Positions 46,582-55,711 of a stretch of 64,000 bases of DNA are shown in pieces; position 1 is the first letter of the stretch; every line of letters begins with the position of its first letter. The notes beneath the pieces are model-generated. The model searched no databases and was not told where the DNA came from. It worked only from the letters and a program-made list of their open reading frames with translations. Made by a program: the position numbers and the translations under genes. This DNA is from a virus, in the IMG/VR virus record IMGVR_UViG_3300021963_009201, positions 64,001-128,000 of that record; one strand, given 5' to 3'.

Positions 46582-47342
46582 TATTTTTCACCATATACAA
46601 AGTTGTAGGCTTTTTCTATATCCTGTTCAAATAAGTCCGTCAAATGTCCGCCGCCTCTCAAAACGTAGGCGGGAGAATACGTGGGCAAAATCGGCCATGG
46701 GCCTAACCACAATATCCTTCCTCGTTCTTCGTTAATTGACATTTTGGCGGGCAAAACTGCACAAGTAGCAATTAAACCCATAGTGACTATTAACTTAGGT
46801 TTTAAAACCTGGATTTCAGAATGAAGAAATGGTATACATGATTCTATTTCTTCAATTGTATGTTTACTTTTAGACTTTTTGGAACATCTGTTCACGAAAG
46901 TCATACATATTCTACTAGAAGTAAAACCGGCTTTTGAAGCACTATTTGAAAAATACTCCATACTTAATTTATCGAAGTACGGAGTATCAGATACAAACAT
47001 GATGTCAGGGTCTGAGACATTCCAGAATGGGATTGTGGCATCTGGATTGGCATCTTTGCACTTTCTGCAGTTCTTGGTTATTACGTGAAGATCTTCAAGA
47101 GTTTTATCTACTTGCAAATCTTCAAAGCTGTAGTCCCGCAGTTCGTTTAGAACCATCTGGACATCTGCTTTGTTCAAGTATTTACTAAGAACTAAATCTA
47201 TCTTTTCAAAAAGATTAGAATCCCCGATACCAATGGGGATCCTAGTCTTTGGGCGAAAAGTGCTGGAAACATTTTTCGATAGTGCTTGAGCTACTAATTC
47301 GATTACTTCTAGTTCATCGAATTCTTCGCTTGTATCATCCAT
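46581..47342 (-). CDS. family-4 uracil-DNA glycosylase homologue with degenerate active site
   Basis: CRKC...DIMFV...NRC...EIESCIPFLHSEIQVLKPKLIVTMG...LPTYSPAY; four Fe-S Cys kept, GEAPG changed to SDTPY and HP to SP. Confidence 0.85.
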   Translation of the reverse strand: MDDTSEEFDELEVIELVAQALSKNVSSTFRPKTRIPIGIGDSNLFEKIDLVLSKYLNKADVQMVLNELRDYSFEDLQVDKTLEDLHVITKNCRKCKDANPDATIPFWNVSDPDIMFVSDTPYFDKLSMEYFSNSASKAGFTSSRICMTFVNRCSKKSKSKHTIEEIESCIPFLHSEIQVLKPKLIVTMGLIATCAVLPAKMSINEERGRILWLGPWPILPTYSPAYVLRGGGHLTDLFEQDIEKAYNFVYGEK

Positions 47343-47761
47343 TAGAACGAGCTAGGAGCTGCGCTTTCGGTAGAGGTTGTTGCAGCCTGTGTGCCACTGG
47401 TAGTTCCTTCTGAGCGACCACGTGAGGCATAGGTGATGTTTTCTGCTACAATCACAACTTTAGATGACTTCTTATCATCTGTAGACCAACGCTCTTGTAC
47501 TAGTCTACCGATTAAGCGAATTTGACTTCCTTTAGAAAGTTTTCCGCTGCTAATCTGATTTCTTACAAATTCGCAGTTTCGTTTATTTTCTTCACTATTA
47601 AGGTAGTATGTGACATCAAAATAGCCAGTACTGTTATCGGAACCTTTTTCTGAACCTGCGTAGTCAACCGCAACACGAAACTTTGCGATGTTGTCTGTTA
47701 CCATCTCGGGGTCGGCTACGACTCCGCATGTAAGGTTAAGGTTGTTGTTTGGGTCTATCAT
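47342..47761 (-). CDS. ssb: single-stranded DNA-binding protein
   Basis: OB fold (NLTCGVVADPE, FRVAV, GYFDV, KGSQIRLIGRLVQERW) with low-complexity tail ending SSF. Confidence 0.88.
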   Translation of the reverse strand: MIDPNNNLNLTCGVVADPEMVTDNIAKFRVAVDYAGSEKGSDNSTGYFDVTYYLNSEENKRNCEFVRNQISSGKLSKGSQIRLIGRLVQERWSTDDKKSSKVVIVAENITYASRGRSEGTTSGTQAATTSTESAAPSSF

Positions 47762-47968
47762 TTAATTGCTTTCTAGTGGATTAGCTTTTACTGATCTGAG
47801 TCCGCTGGCTATTTCTTCTAGCCATTCGGCTGTTTCTATTTTTGCTTCATTTAAACCGACAAAAGTAGAAAGATGCTGGCACAAAGATATCGTCAAATGA
47901 AAAATTCCATTTTTTATTTCTTCTTTATAGTCACCAACATCTGTAGTGCTGCTTTGCTGCTCTTCCAT
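47762..47968 (-). CDS. hypothetical protein
   Basis: Coupled ORF. Confidence 0.55.
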   Translation of the reverse strand: MEEQQSSTTDVGDYKEEIKNGIFHLTISLCQHLSTFVGLNEAKIETAEWLEEIASGLRSVKANPLESN

Positions 47969-48273
47969 TAAGCTCCTACTTTCCTCGAAAGAGCTGTGTC
48001 TATAATTCTTCCCAGCTCCCTTTTATCCTTATAACCCTTGTCATAAAGCATAGATATAATGGGTTTAGGGTCTAGAGATTTGTATGTTAATAACTGTAAG
48101 TTTAGGATATCGTTAAGGGAATAAATCCTATAGTTATTTAAATCTCTTTTAGATTCCGGATATTTTCCGGATTTTTCTCTATTAGCTATAGTTAAGGGTG
48201 TTACGTTCAATATTCTTGCTACTTCTCCACGAGTGAAGATTGGATTAGCTATAGCGCCAGATGCAATACTCAT
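47968..48273 (-). CDS. MerR/excisionase-like HTH DNA-binding protein
   Basis: FTRGEVARILNVTPLTIANREKSG...RDLNNYRIYS; start taken at ATG 48273. Confidence 0.8.
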   Translation of the reverse strand: MSIASGAIANPIFTRGEVARILNVTPLTIANREKSGKYPESKRDLNNYRIYSLNDILNLQLLTYKSLDPKPIISMLYDKGYKDKRELGRIIDTALSRKVGA

Positions 48274-48284
48274 ACAAAAACCTA

Positions 48285-48323
48285 CTTTACTATATAACAA
48301 TATACACTTTTTATATAGTAAAG
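48285..48323. promoter_or_regulatory. 13-bp perfect inverted repeat, candidate operator
   Basis: CTTTACTATATAA-13 nt-TTATATAGTAAAG in the AT-rich gap upstream of the MerR-like gene. Confidence 0.5.
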
Positions 48324-48342
48324 GTTATATACAAATATGTAA

Positions 48343-49176
48343 TCATACCGTAGAGAAACTATTGATAATTTTTACCATCATCTCTCGGGAGTTCATGCCG
48401 TAGGCATTACCTGCCTCAACGCAAAAATGGTCGAGAGTGTTACGGAATGTCGGATCTACTTCTTCGTTAAATCCTTCTCCATTCATTTGCGCTTTAGGGC
48501 TTTCCCATTTTGTTTCCAATATCTTTAAAAGAGAGAGTTTTTCCCACTCCTTAAAGTAGTACCGAACAGCGTCGGGATGGTTTGATTTAGATGCGCCAGC
48601 TGGGATCCCCCGTTGCATACAGTGGATTACCGTATCTTGGAGGTCTAGGTTCCAGCCTGAATTCCAAACCATATTATAAGCCTGCTGGACGCCTTCTGCT
48701 AGACTCCCGCAGGGCTCATAAATTTCGTGTACAGGATTGCAAAGGTTTGAGTTAAAGTATAGGTTTAAAAGTGGCAGCATAAAAACGCGGTCATCCCAAC
48801 CATACAATGGCTCATTCCTGCAATAAACACGAATTAAAACTGGATTATAGTGCTCATCAAACATCACGTAGTAAGTTGTCCAGGGTATAGGGAGATTAAA
48901 CCCCTCTACAGCGGTCCTACTATCTATAAAGTCTTTACGGGCAAACGCTAACTCTACATATTGTACAGAGGGTGGTCTTTCAAAGACTATGATACGTTGA
49001 TTATCGGAAATCCATCTTACAGCAGGAGGAAGAAAACCAAGATCTTGCCTACCGTGGCTGGTGAGACTACGGAATATATCCCCCGCAGATTTTTCTGGAA
49101 GAGGGATTGTACCGGCACTGTGGTATACACCACTTACTGTATCGGTTGATGAGTTAATTTTAAGTTCAATTTTCAT
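48343..49176 (-). CDS. prokaryotic E2-like (Prok-E2_D/PRTRC-B-like) protein, paralogue C
   Basis: LGFLPPAVRW...VFERPP...NLPIPWTTY...LPLLNLYFNSNLC; final W...GWNLDL. Confidence 0.7.
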   Translation of the reverse strand: MKIELKINSSTDTVSGVYHSAGTIPLPEKSAGDIFRSLTSHGRQDLGFLPPAVRWISDNQRIIVFERPPSVQYVELAFARKDFIDSRTAVEGFNLPIPWTTYYVMFDEHYNPVLIRVYCRNEPLYGWDDRVFMLPLLNLYFNSNLCNPVHEIYEPCGSLAEGVQQAYNMVWNSGWNLDLQDTVIHCMQRGIPAGASKSNHPDAVRYYFKEWEKLSLLKILETKWESPKAQMNGEGFNEEVDPTFRNTLDHFCVEAGNAYGMNSREMMVKIINSFSTV

Positions 49177-50072
49177 TTTAATAAATCCCAGAAAAACTTA
49201 GAGAGCTCTACATGTCCGGCATCTTTAGTTCTGTCCAATAGTGCCGTATTTTTATCAAAGTAGTTTACAAGATCGCCAAATGTGCAGTCTCCAAATTGAT
49301 GAACGTCAAGTGCTCGATAAGAAAGCCCTAGAACTTCTTCCATGGATAGTTTAGCCCAAGAAGCAAAGAATTCATTTGAGTAAATGTGGCAACCCATTTC
49401 CTTTGGGAAGTATTCGGTAATCATGGTTGTAAGATCGTTATTAAAGGTATCAGTCCAAAACCCATTTATCGCATCAAGGACAAACGCAGAAAAATTATTA
49501 TATTTCTCTGGATCATTAATTGGATGGAAACTGCCCCAGCAGATCGAGGCGTCAGGGTAAATGTTGGTTACTGGCAATGCATAAAGCTGGTCCGAAAAAC
49601 TGTTTAGCGGACTAGGCCTGCAGAAAACCTTTACACTAGGTAAATGATCTTTTTCAAATCCACTGAAAAACCAGACAGTCCATGGAATATTTATATTAAA
49701 AGAGAAAGTTTCGGGGTAAGGTCTTTCGCATTCGCAACCATAGTCTGGATCACAGCTATCCCAATGTTCAAAATCTTCATCTTCTAATTCACCTTGAACA
49801 TCTTGATACTTAATAGTGCAGTTGAGTGGCGGACGCTCAACCGCTATGGTGGACATATCTCGGGAAATCCACCTAGTAACCGGCGGTAAGATGTCTGTAG
49901 AATTTTTGGTGTTTTTAAAAAAGTTCTTTGATACGTTAACCATATTGGAATTTGATTGTTCCATAATCCCGTATCTAAAGTCTACACCAAATTCTGATAT
50001 AGTTATTTCTTGTTCTATTTGTGAATTGGGTGTTTCAAGGTTTGATTCACCTGTATCAAGCGCTTGCGACAT
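49173..50072 (-). CDS. prokaryotic E2-like (Prok-E2_D/PRTRC-B-like) protein, paralogue B
   Basis: ILPPVTRW...VERPP...NIPWTVWF...LYALPVTNIYPDASICWG...FWTDTFNNDL. Confidence 0.8.
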   Translation of the reverse strand: MSQALDTGESNLETPNSQIEQEITISEFGVDFRYGIMEQSNSNMVNVSKNFFKNTKNSTDILPPVTRWISRDMSTIAVERPPLNCTIKYQDVQGELEDEDFEHWDSCDPDYGCECERPYPETFSFNINIPWTVWFFSGFEKDHLPSVKVFCRPSPLNSFSDQLYALPVTNIYPDASICWGSFHPINDPEKYNNFSAFVLDAINGFWTDTFNNDLTTMITEYFPKEMGCHIYSNEFFASWAKLSMEEVLGLSYRALDVHQFGDCTFGDLVNYFDKNTALLDRTKDAGHVELSKFFWDLLK

Positions 50073-51177
50073 GTTGGGTGTACACCTTACCTTCCGGTAT
50101 CTCGGTAGTCATAGGATTTGAAAAGACTTCTTTTATTCCTTTTGATTGTATTGAATCTAGGAAAATATCAAACGTCTTTTCTTTAGTTTCGTTATCGTAA
50201 AGTGATTCAACGAGTACTGTATTCGTACTTAAATCTATAAGTCGATAAACCATGTGACCAAAACCGATACGCATCGATTGAATTTCTAGGTCTTGAATGG
50301 GCAAATCGGAAGCTTCATCTGCGCATTCTACACTTGATACACTTAGCTGCATTGGTGTCCAAGTTTCTGGACTATAGTGCGAGCAGTTTTTTTGGTTTTC
50401 CCATGAACAAGGTGGGTTAAGGGAGTTTTTCTCTTTCTTTACAGACGGGCAAGCGCAACTATGCTGAAGTTTTGACTCTCGATCGAAAGTGTAATGGCTA
50501 CTTTGCGTAGTAACGAGCTCTACACTCACAGGCTTTGAGGCAGTAAAGTATTCACATGTTGGTTTTAAATTTCCGTCAACTTCAATAGCGGCACAGATAT
50601 CATTGACATCGAAGACGTCTTTCCCGGTCAGTGTGAAGCAATCAACTATGTAGGAATAGTTTATATGCTTTGCTTTTTGTCCTTTGGGCAAATATATTTC
50701 TAAAACAAGTTTTTCATTATCGTCAACATTGACTACAGCAGCACCAGATAGACTATGGTCTTCTGGTACGATAATGTCGCGTATTTCGCTAAAACAATCG
50801 TGTGCTGGCAGTACGAAAGCGTTATTGCCTTCTACATCATTTACATTGATAAATAGTCCACTACCATCTGTAAAATACTTTTCTCCGTCTGGCCCTGTAA
50901 CGATTTGGGTGCTACTAGAAAAGCCTGGTAGTGTTTGCTGTTCGTTTGTTGACTCGACATTAAAATCTTTTACAAAATCGCCACTTATAGTCGACTTTAT
51001 TAGTTGGCTCAATGTAAGGTCAAAGGAGTCTACTAGGCCCCCTGGAAGCTTCTGGGCTGCACTTACGTGCCAAGGCTGCTCGGAGTCATCTACGAGCTCC
51101 TCTGGCCCTACAGGGCCGTTTACGGGCTCGTCTGGTGTATTGCTGGTGTTTGTAAAGGTAGAAATAATGTCATCCAT
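50056..51177 (-). CDS. hypothetical protein (373 aa) with a small Cys cluster
   Basis: ORF track; CACP...CSW...C segment. Confidence 0.65.
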   Translation of the reverse strand: MDDIISTFTNTSNTPDEPVNGPVGPEELVDDSEQPWHVSAAQKLPGGLVDSFDLTLSQLIKSTISGDFVKDFNVESTNEQQTLPGFSSSTQIVTGPDGEKYFTDGSGLFINVNDVEGNNAFVLPAHDCFSEIRDIIVPEDHSLSGAAVVNVDDNEKLVLEIYLPKGQKAKHINYSYIVDCFTLTGKDVFDVNDICAAIEVDGNLKPTCEYFTASKPVSVELVTTQSSHYTFDRESKLQHSCACPSVKKEKNSLNPPCSWENQKNCSHYSPETWTPMQLSVSSVECADEASDLPIQDLEIQSMRIGFGHMVYRLIDLSTNTVLVESLYDNETKEKTFDIFLDSIQSKGIKEVFSNPMTTEIPEGKVYTQHVASA

Positions 51178-51178
51178 T

Positions 51179-51766
51179 TTAAGTCCAACTTAAAGAGAGT
51201 TTATCGTGGATAATAGCGTTTTGTGTTTCTAGGGTATTGCTAAGGTTGGTGAAATTTTCTTGAAGCTCTACATTGGCCTTCTTTTCTCGAATAAGGTCAG
51301 ACTGTAGAGTGGCGACAAGTTTATTCAGCCTGATTTTTTCATCATCATATCCAATGAATTCGGCGCCAAAAATTTTTGAAACACTGGTGAGACAGTAGCC
51401 GGATAGGGTTTGTTGGCTGCTGATTAGTGATTCTTGGATTTCGATTTCACTTAGGTTGGTGAGTCGATGTATCTTTATCCAATCAATAATTAGGCTTAGT
51501 TCTTGTACTGTGGTTGTTTTGATGGTATGTGCGGGGAGTATGTTGATGATTGAGCTGATGTTCATTACTTTTTCTGGAAACATTCCATAAATGTAATGTG
51601 TTTGATGTCTTTCGGTTATTTTTTCTGCTATTTTGATGTTTATTGTTCGTTGGTCTGAGTAGTATTTAAATCCCAGGAATTCAAAATAGTCTTCGTAAGA
51701 CATTGAGTGGTTTCTTAGATTTTCAATAATGACATTAGCTATTAAGAGTTGCTGCTTTTGAGACAT
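51179..51766 (-). CDS. hypothetical protein with C-terminal coiled coil
   Basis: Coupled ORF. Confidence 0.6.
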   Translation of the reverse strand: MSQKQQLLIANVIIENLRNHSMSYEDYFEFLGFKYYSDQRTINIKIAEKITERHQTHYIYGMFPEKVMNISSIINILPAHTIKTTTVQELSLIIDWIKIHRLTNLSEIEIQESLISSQQTLSGYCLTSVSKIFGAEFIGYDDEKIRLNKLVATLQSDLIREKKANVELQENFTNLSNTLETQNAIIHDKLSLSWT

Positions 51767-52050
51767 TATTTGCCCTTAAAGTTAATTTTGATATCATGAA
51801 TATTCACGATATCGTCTAGTAGTAGTTTGTAGACGTCGCCTTGGCAGACGGCAAGGGATGTCATTTCTGGGTGTATCTTTTTGGCTATTGTGTAGGCTTT
51901 GGATAGCAGTTCGATGCTTGTGTAGATTTGGTGTTCGCTATCGTCTACTACTAATAGTCCTGTGTTATTCTCCGCTAGGTGCAGCTGAGTTTTCTCCAGC
52001 CATGTTTTCCATGGGTTGTTCAGGCTCAGTATTTCCGTCTTCCACGACAT
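51766..52050 (-). CDS. hypothetical protein
   Basis: ORF track; overlaps the acidic tail of the upstream gene. Confidence 0.55.
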   Translation of the reverse strand: MSWKTEILSLNNPWKTWLEKTQLHLAENNTGLLVVDDSEHQIYTSIELLSKAYTIAKKIHPEMTSLAVCQGDVYKLLLDDIVNIHDIKINFKGK

Positions 52051-52351
52051 CGGTTGCGTACTCCAGTGTTTCTATCATAAGTTTACGCAATTCTTTTACT
52101 TTTCCTGTAAAAATCTTTTGCTTTTCTTCTGTCTCGGTTTCGAGCAGTGACATGAATGCTTCAATGAATACGGCTTGTTCTGCTAGTCCGACTGTTAGTG
52201 TTGCTAGTTGTTGTTCTAGTGTTTCTAGTTTAGCCGTAGAGTTCTGTAGTTCTTCATTGATATATCTTTGGGTGGACTGTAGTGCACCGTCTACTTTTGA
52301 GTAGAAAAAATCTAGGTCCGCTTGAGTTGCGTCTGGCGATTGTTCTTTCAT
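51965..52351 (-). CDS. hypothetical coiled-coil protein
   Basis: Coupled ORF. Confidence 0.6.
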   Translation of the reverse strand: MKEQSPDATQADLDFFYSKVDGALQSTQRYINEELQNSTAKLETLEQQLATLTVGLAEQAVFIEAFMSLLETETEEKQKIFTGKVKELRKLMIETLEYATDVVEDGNTEPEQPMENMAGENSAAPSGE

Positions 52352-52953
52352 AGTGTCTCAAACCATTCTAGGTTGGAATTGGCATATGCGTTTAAGCATA
52401 AGTCAACTCTGTACGAGATTTCTGCTAGTTCAACTCTTGTTACTTTAATTGAATCTGTTGATAGTGGGCTTGACATGTCTGGTAGGAAAGCTCCGGACGA
52501 TGATTTGTTTGCTTTGAAGTGTCCGCATTTGAAGACGAATGATGTTTGGTCGTATTCGTTCTCGCCTTTGCGCCAGTGATGGGATTTGAATATGCGTGAT
52601 ATTGGTTTCCCATCTTGGCCTGTACCGCCACCGTAGAATACTATACCTTCGCTTGTTGGTACTCCAAGTTTTTGGTTGGCTGGGTAGATTACTTCTCCGC
52701 GCCCGCTAGTCACTGTTTGCAGGTATGTTGCAAATAGTATTGAGTCAACAAATGTTTCTGTGTGAGATTTCAGGGATGCGTCTTGCCCTGTTGCGCCAAT
52801 ATCTATACGGAATTTTCCGATTGACAGTATTGGCTTGATTGATAAGAACCCACTCGCCGATGGAGATTTGAACCATTTTTTGTATAGGTCTGGTATTATT
52901 TTCTTATCGTTTGTTTCTACTACTATTTGTTCTTCGTCAAAGTTCAAATCCAT
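52348..52953 (-). CDS. hypothetical protein (201 aa)
   Basis: ORF with RBS AGGA directly after the AAA+ gene. Confidence 0.7.
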   Translation of the reverse strand: MDLNFDEEQIVVETNDKKIIPDLYKKWFKSPSASGFLSIKPILSIGKFRIDIGATGQDASLKSHTETFVDSILFATYLQTVTSGRGEVIYPANQKLGVPTSEGIVFYGGGTGQDGKPISRIFKSHHWRKGENEYDQTSFVFKCGHFKANKSSSGAFLPDMSSPLSTDSIKVTRVELAEISYRVDLCLNAYANSNLEWFETL

Positions 52954-52961
52954 TTATTTCC

Positions 52962-54542
52962 TTAAAAAGATGTCATAATTGGTTGCCGTTTTCCACCAGT
53001 TTTCTTTCCACCCAAGATGATCTCTGCATCTTTTAGTTGGTCGGAAGATGCCCAGTCCCATTCGGCTATTGCGCGTTTGTACATGTCGAGGACTGTTTCG
53101 CGGTGTTTGGTCCACATGCGATTTTGTTGTGTCGGTATTAACGATTCAATATCGTTTTGTTCGACTTTACGTTTGTCTTTTACTGAAATCTTAAATTTCG
53201 CTTCACGAATAAGCGCTTTTATTTCAGCGCCTGTGAATGTATCTGACTGTTCCGCAAGTGTCTGTAGGTTGAATCGTTCTGAGTCTGCGCCAAGGTGGAT
53301 TCCGAAGATGCCAATACGCTCTTCTAATGATGGGAGTCCGACAAACATGATTTTGTCAAACCTGTCAGCGCGTAACATCTCTGGGGAAATGTGTCCAATT
53401 TGATTTGCAGCTGCCATCAGTAGTACATTGTCTGGTAGTTCTTGGATGCCTGTGAGAAATTCACCATGTACACGAGATGTTGTACCGCCATCACCTTGGT
53501 AGTCTCCAACGGAGAGGTCGCGGCCAAGTTCGTCCATCCAGATTACTAGTGGGGCCATGGAGCGAATTTGAGAGAACGCTGCACGCATTCGTTTTTCTGA
53601 CTCGCCGATGAATTTATCCATCATTTGACTAATGCCGAACTTGGCGAGGTCTAGACCAAGTGTTGATGCAGTTGCTTCACATATCGCAGATTTGCCTGTA
53701 CCTGGTATTCCGACAAATAGTACGCGCCGAAGAGGCATAATATCGAGCTCTGCGGCTTCTACGGGGTTGTTCCAGGTCCAGACAACATTGTCGATGAGCT
53801 CTTTGGCGAGGTCAAGACCGCCGATGTCGTTAAGTGCAATTTTGGGGCGACGTATTTCAAGGATGCCGCCCTGTTTTACTCGATCCATTTTCCACTTAGC
53901 GATGAATTCCGGGTCGACAGTTTTACGCTCGTTTATGCTGAGCATAGAGACTTGGATAAACTCTTGCTCGGTAAGACCAAGTCCCGCTTTAACAACCTTG
54001 TTGAGATCAAGATCTTGATTGAATAGTATTTTATCTTTAGAAAAGATTGAAGCAGAAAGGAATGTTAACTCAGATTCGGTCGGGTATCCAGGATGACACA
54101 CAACAAAATGTTTTGTTAACTCAGGTGGCACTTCATCATTGCAGGAAAGCGCAATAAATTGGGTTTCAATATTTTCCAGGTTATTAGATAGCACAGCAGT
54201 GCGGTATTTGCTGTAAGCCGTGAGGAAAAGACCAATAAGTTTTTCTGCTAATTGGTGAGCATTTTCGAAAATAAAACATGCCTTAGCGTCCATTACATGG
54301 TCGATAGCCATACCTAGGTCATGAATTGGCGCCTCTTGTAAGTCGCCTGCTTCTGCACTACCTATCTCGCCAAGAATTGTCTTCCATGTGTTGTCGCGCC
54401 AAACAACTAGACCATTAACAGCGTCGAGCCTGTACACGTCTTTTGTGCTGACGCTACATATTATTTCTGTTATACGCTCAGGTTCTAGGGTGTTTACCCA
54501 GATTAGAGGGGAACCAATGCGGATGTGTTGGATCATTTCCAT
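52962..54542 (-). CDS. AAA+ ATPase (Ycf46/classic-clade-like; degenerate N-terminal module + active C-terminal module)
   Basis: LNDIGGLD, Walker A GIPGTGKS, MDKFIGESEK pore loop, Walker B IWMDE, AANQ, LRADRFD, FTGAEI. Confidence 0.9.
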   Translation of the reverse strand: MEMIQHIRIGSPLIWVNTLEPERITEIICSVSTKDVYRLDAVNGLVVWRDNTWKTILGEIGSAEAGDLQEAPIHDLGMAIDHVMDAKACFIFENAHQLAEKLIGLFLTAYSKYRTAVLSNNLENIETQFIALSCNDEVPPELTKHFVVCHPGYPTESELTFLSASIFSKDKILFNQDLDLNKVVKAGLGLTEQEFIQVSMLSINERKTVDPEFIAKWKMDRVKQGGILEIRRPKIALNDIGGLDLAKELIDNVVWTWNNPVEAAELDIMPLRRVLFVGIPGTGKSAICEATASTLGLDLAKFGISQMMDKFIGESEKRMRAAFSQIRSMAPLVIWMDELGRDLSVGDYQGDGGTTSRVHGEFLTGIQELPDNVLLMAAANQIGHISPEMLRADRFDKIMFVGLPSLEERIGIFGIHLGADSERFNLQTLAEQSDTFTGAEIKALIREAKFKISVKDKRKVEQNDIESLIPTQQNRMWTKHRETVLDMYKRAIAEWDWASSDQLKDAEIILGGKKTGGKRQPIMTSF

Positions 54543-54549
54543 TTTAGTC

Positions 54550-54831
54550 CTAAAAAGTAAGTTGTATATCGGTTTCGATATTTGAATCTTTAGCCCACTG
54601 GTAAAGATTGGTTTTTTGATTTGGGGTAGATGCCCTATAATACCTTATGAAACGGTAGTTATTGTCTTTATAGAATATCCCTGGTGGGAACCTAGCGCTG
54701 TCTTGAGGTTTTGTTAATACGGAAACGTTTGTAGTTCCAATCATAGTGGTGTACATTCCGTAGTATAGGGTTTTATCCATACGAATAATCGCTTTCCCTG
54801 TGGTGACCTTTTTCTTCTCTACTTGAGGCAA
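54550..54831 (-). CDS. hypothetical protein
   Basis: ORF track; overlaps the end of the upstream gene. Confidence 0.5.
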   Translation of the reverse strand: MPQVEKKKVTTGKAIIRMDKTLYYGMYTTMIGTTNVSVLTKPQDSARFPPGIFYKDNNYRFIRYYRASTPNQKTNLYQWAKDSNIETDIQLTF

Positions 54832-55300
54832 TTTGAATTGCTTGTACTTTATCGAGAAGTTTTCTTGCGGATTCAGAAGCTATTCTGGCTGCAATTTCTT
54901 GAGCTTCTGCGAGCTCTATAATTGCCTCTAACGTTGAAAGTTCTATGTATTCTTTTTCTGCAGCAGCCATTGCATTTGCTTCGCGTTCTTGGGCATTCTT
55001 TGCGGAAGTTCCTAGCGCAGTTTTATATTTACGCTTGTATCTACCTTCTGCCAATTTGTAGTGGGCGCGCGCAATACCAGCAAATCTTGCAATCCTACCA
55101 TAGTTGTTTGAAGTGCGTGCGACTAAAGACATTAAATCTTGAACAGTTAGATCTACATCTGAACTTGTAGGCATCTCTATAAAAGAAGATCCTGCACTGC
55201 CTGGATCTGAAACTATTAAGGAGATTATTTGCTCTAGCTCTGGGCCAAGAACATCTATGAGTATCTGTTCTGCGCGATGTATTGGTGAGTCAGGGTTCAT
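54773..55300 (-). CDS. long coiled-coil protein, possibly UvsY-like recombination mediator
   Basis: All-helical heptad pattern with AQEREANA; family call is tentative. Confidence 0.5.
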   Translation of the reverse strand: MNPDSPIHRAEQILIDVLGPELEQIISLIVSDPGSAGSSFIEMPTSSDVDLTVQDLMSLVARTSNNYGRIARFAGIARAHYKLAEGRYKRKYKTALGTSAKNAQEREANAMAAAEKEYIELSTLEAIIELAEAQEIAARIASESARKLLDKVQAIQIASSREEKGHHRESDYSYG

Positions 55301-55319
55301 TATTCTCCTTTGCTTGGGG

Positions 55320-55355
55320 CCGGTCTACACTTCCGGAGCAATAGGTGTAGACCGG
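55320..55355. promoter_or_regulatory. intergenic GC-rich stem-loop
   Basis: CCGGTCTACAC-14 nt-GTGTAGACCGG; no U-tract on the coding strand. Confidence 0.6.
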
Positions 55356-55370
55356 TTCCCTAGGCAATTA

Positions 55371-55709
55371 TCAGACGAAGAGCTCGTCTACTTCGGCGTT
55401 GGTAAGCTTCTGGATGTCTTCGACCTCATGGTCAATGACACGGCTACCGGTGATGCGAGCTGGGCGGAAAGACTTAATCGCTGACTCGCGATTAGGTGCC
55501 TCTACCCAGAAAGTACCAGTGATTTCGTAAACGCTTGAACCGTTGTTGCGGGTCCAGTTAGCCTTCATGGCTGCAGCAGAAGGGACGGTGATCTTAAGAG
55601 CCTTAGCAACCTCTTTGGTGCTCTTGCCCTTTTCGAACATCGAGACAGCCTTCTCTCGCTTTGCGTCGGTTAATGCCATTTTAAATTTCTCCTTGTGCAT
55701 TTTATGCAA
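55371..55709 (-). CDS. HTH DNA-binding protein
   Basis: KAVSMFEKGKSTKEVAKALKITVPSA; codon usage visibly GC-richer than neighbours. Confidence 0.7.
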   Translation of the reverse strand: MHKMHKEKFKMALTDAKREKAVSMFEKGKSTKEVAKALKITVPSAAAMKANWTRNNGSSVYEITGTFWVEAPNRESAIKSFRPARITGSRVIDHEVEDIQKLTNAEVDELFV

Positions 55710-55711
55710 AA

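Noticed and set aside
50684-54018. Long + strand ORFs (50684-51193, 51858-52304, 53017-53403, 53632-54018) and similar antisense ORFs elsewhere
   Set aside because: They are Ser-rich shadow frames of well-supported genes on the opposite strand, with no RBS or motifs.
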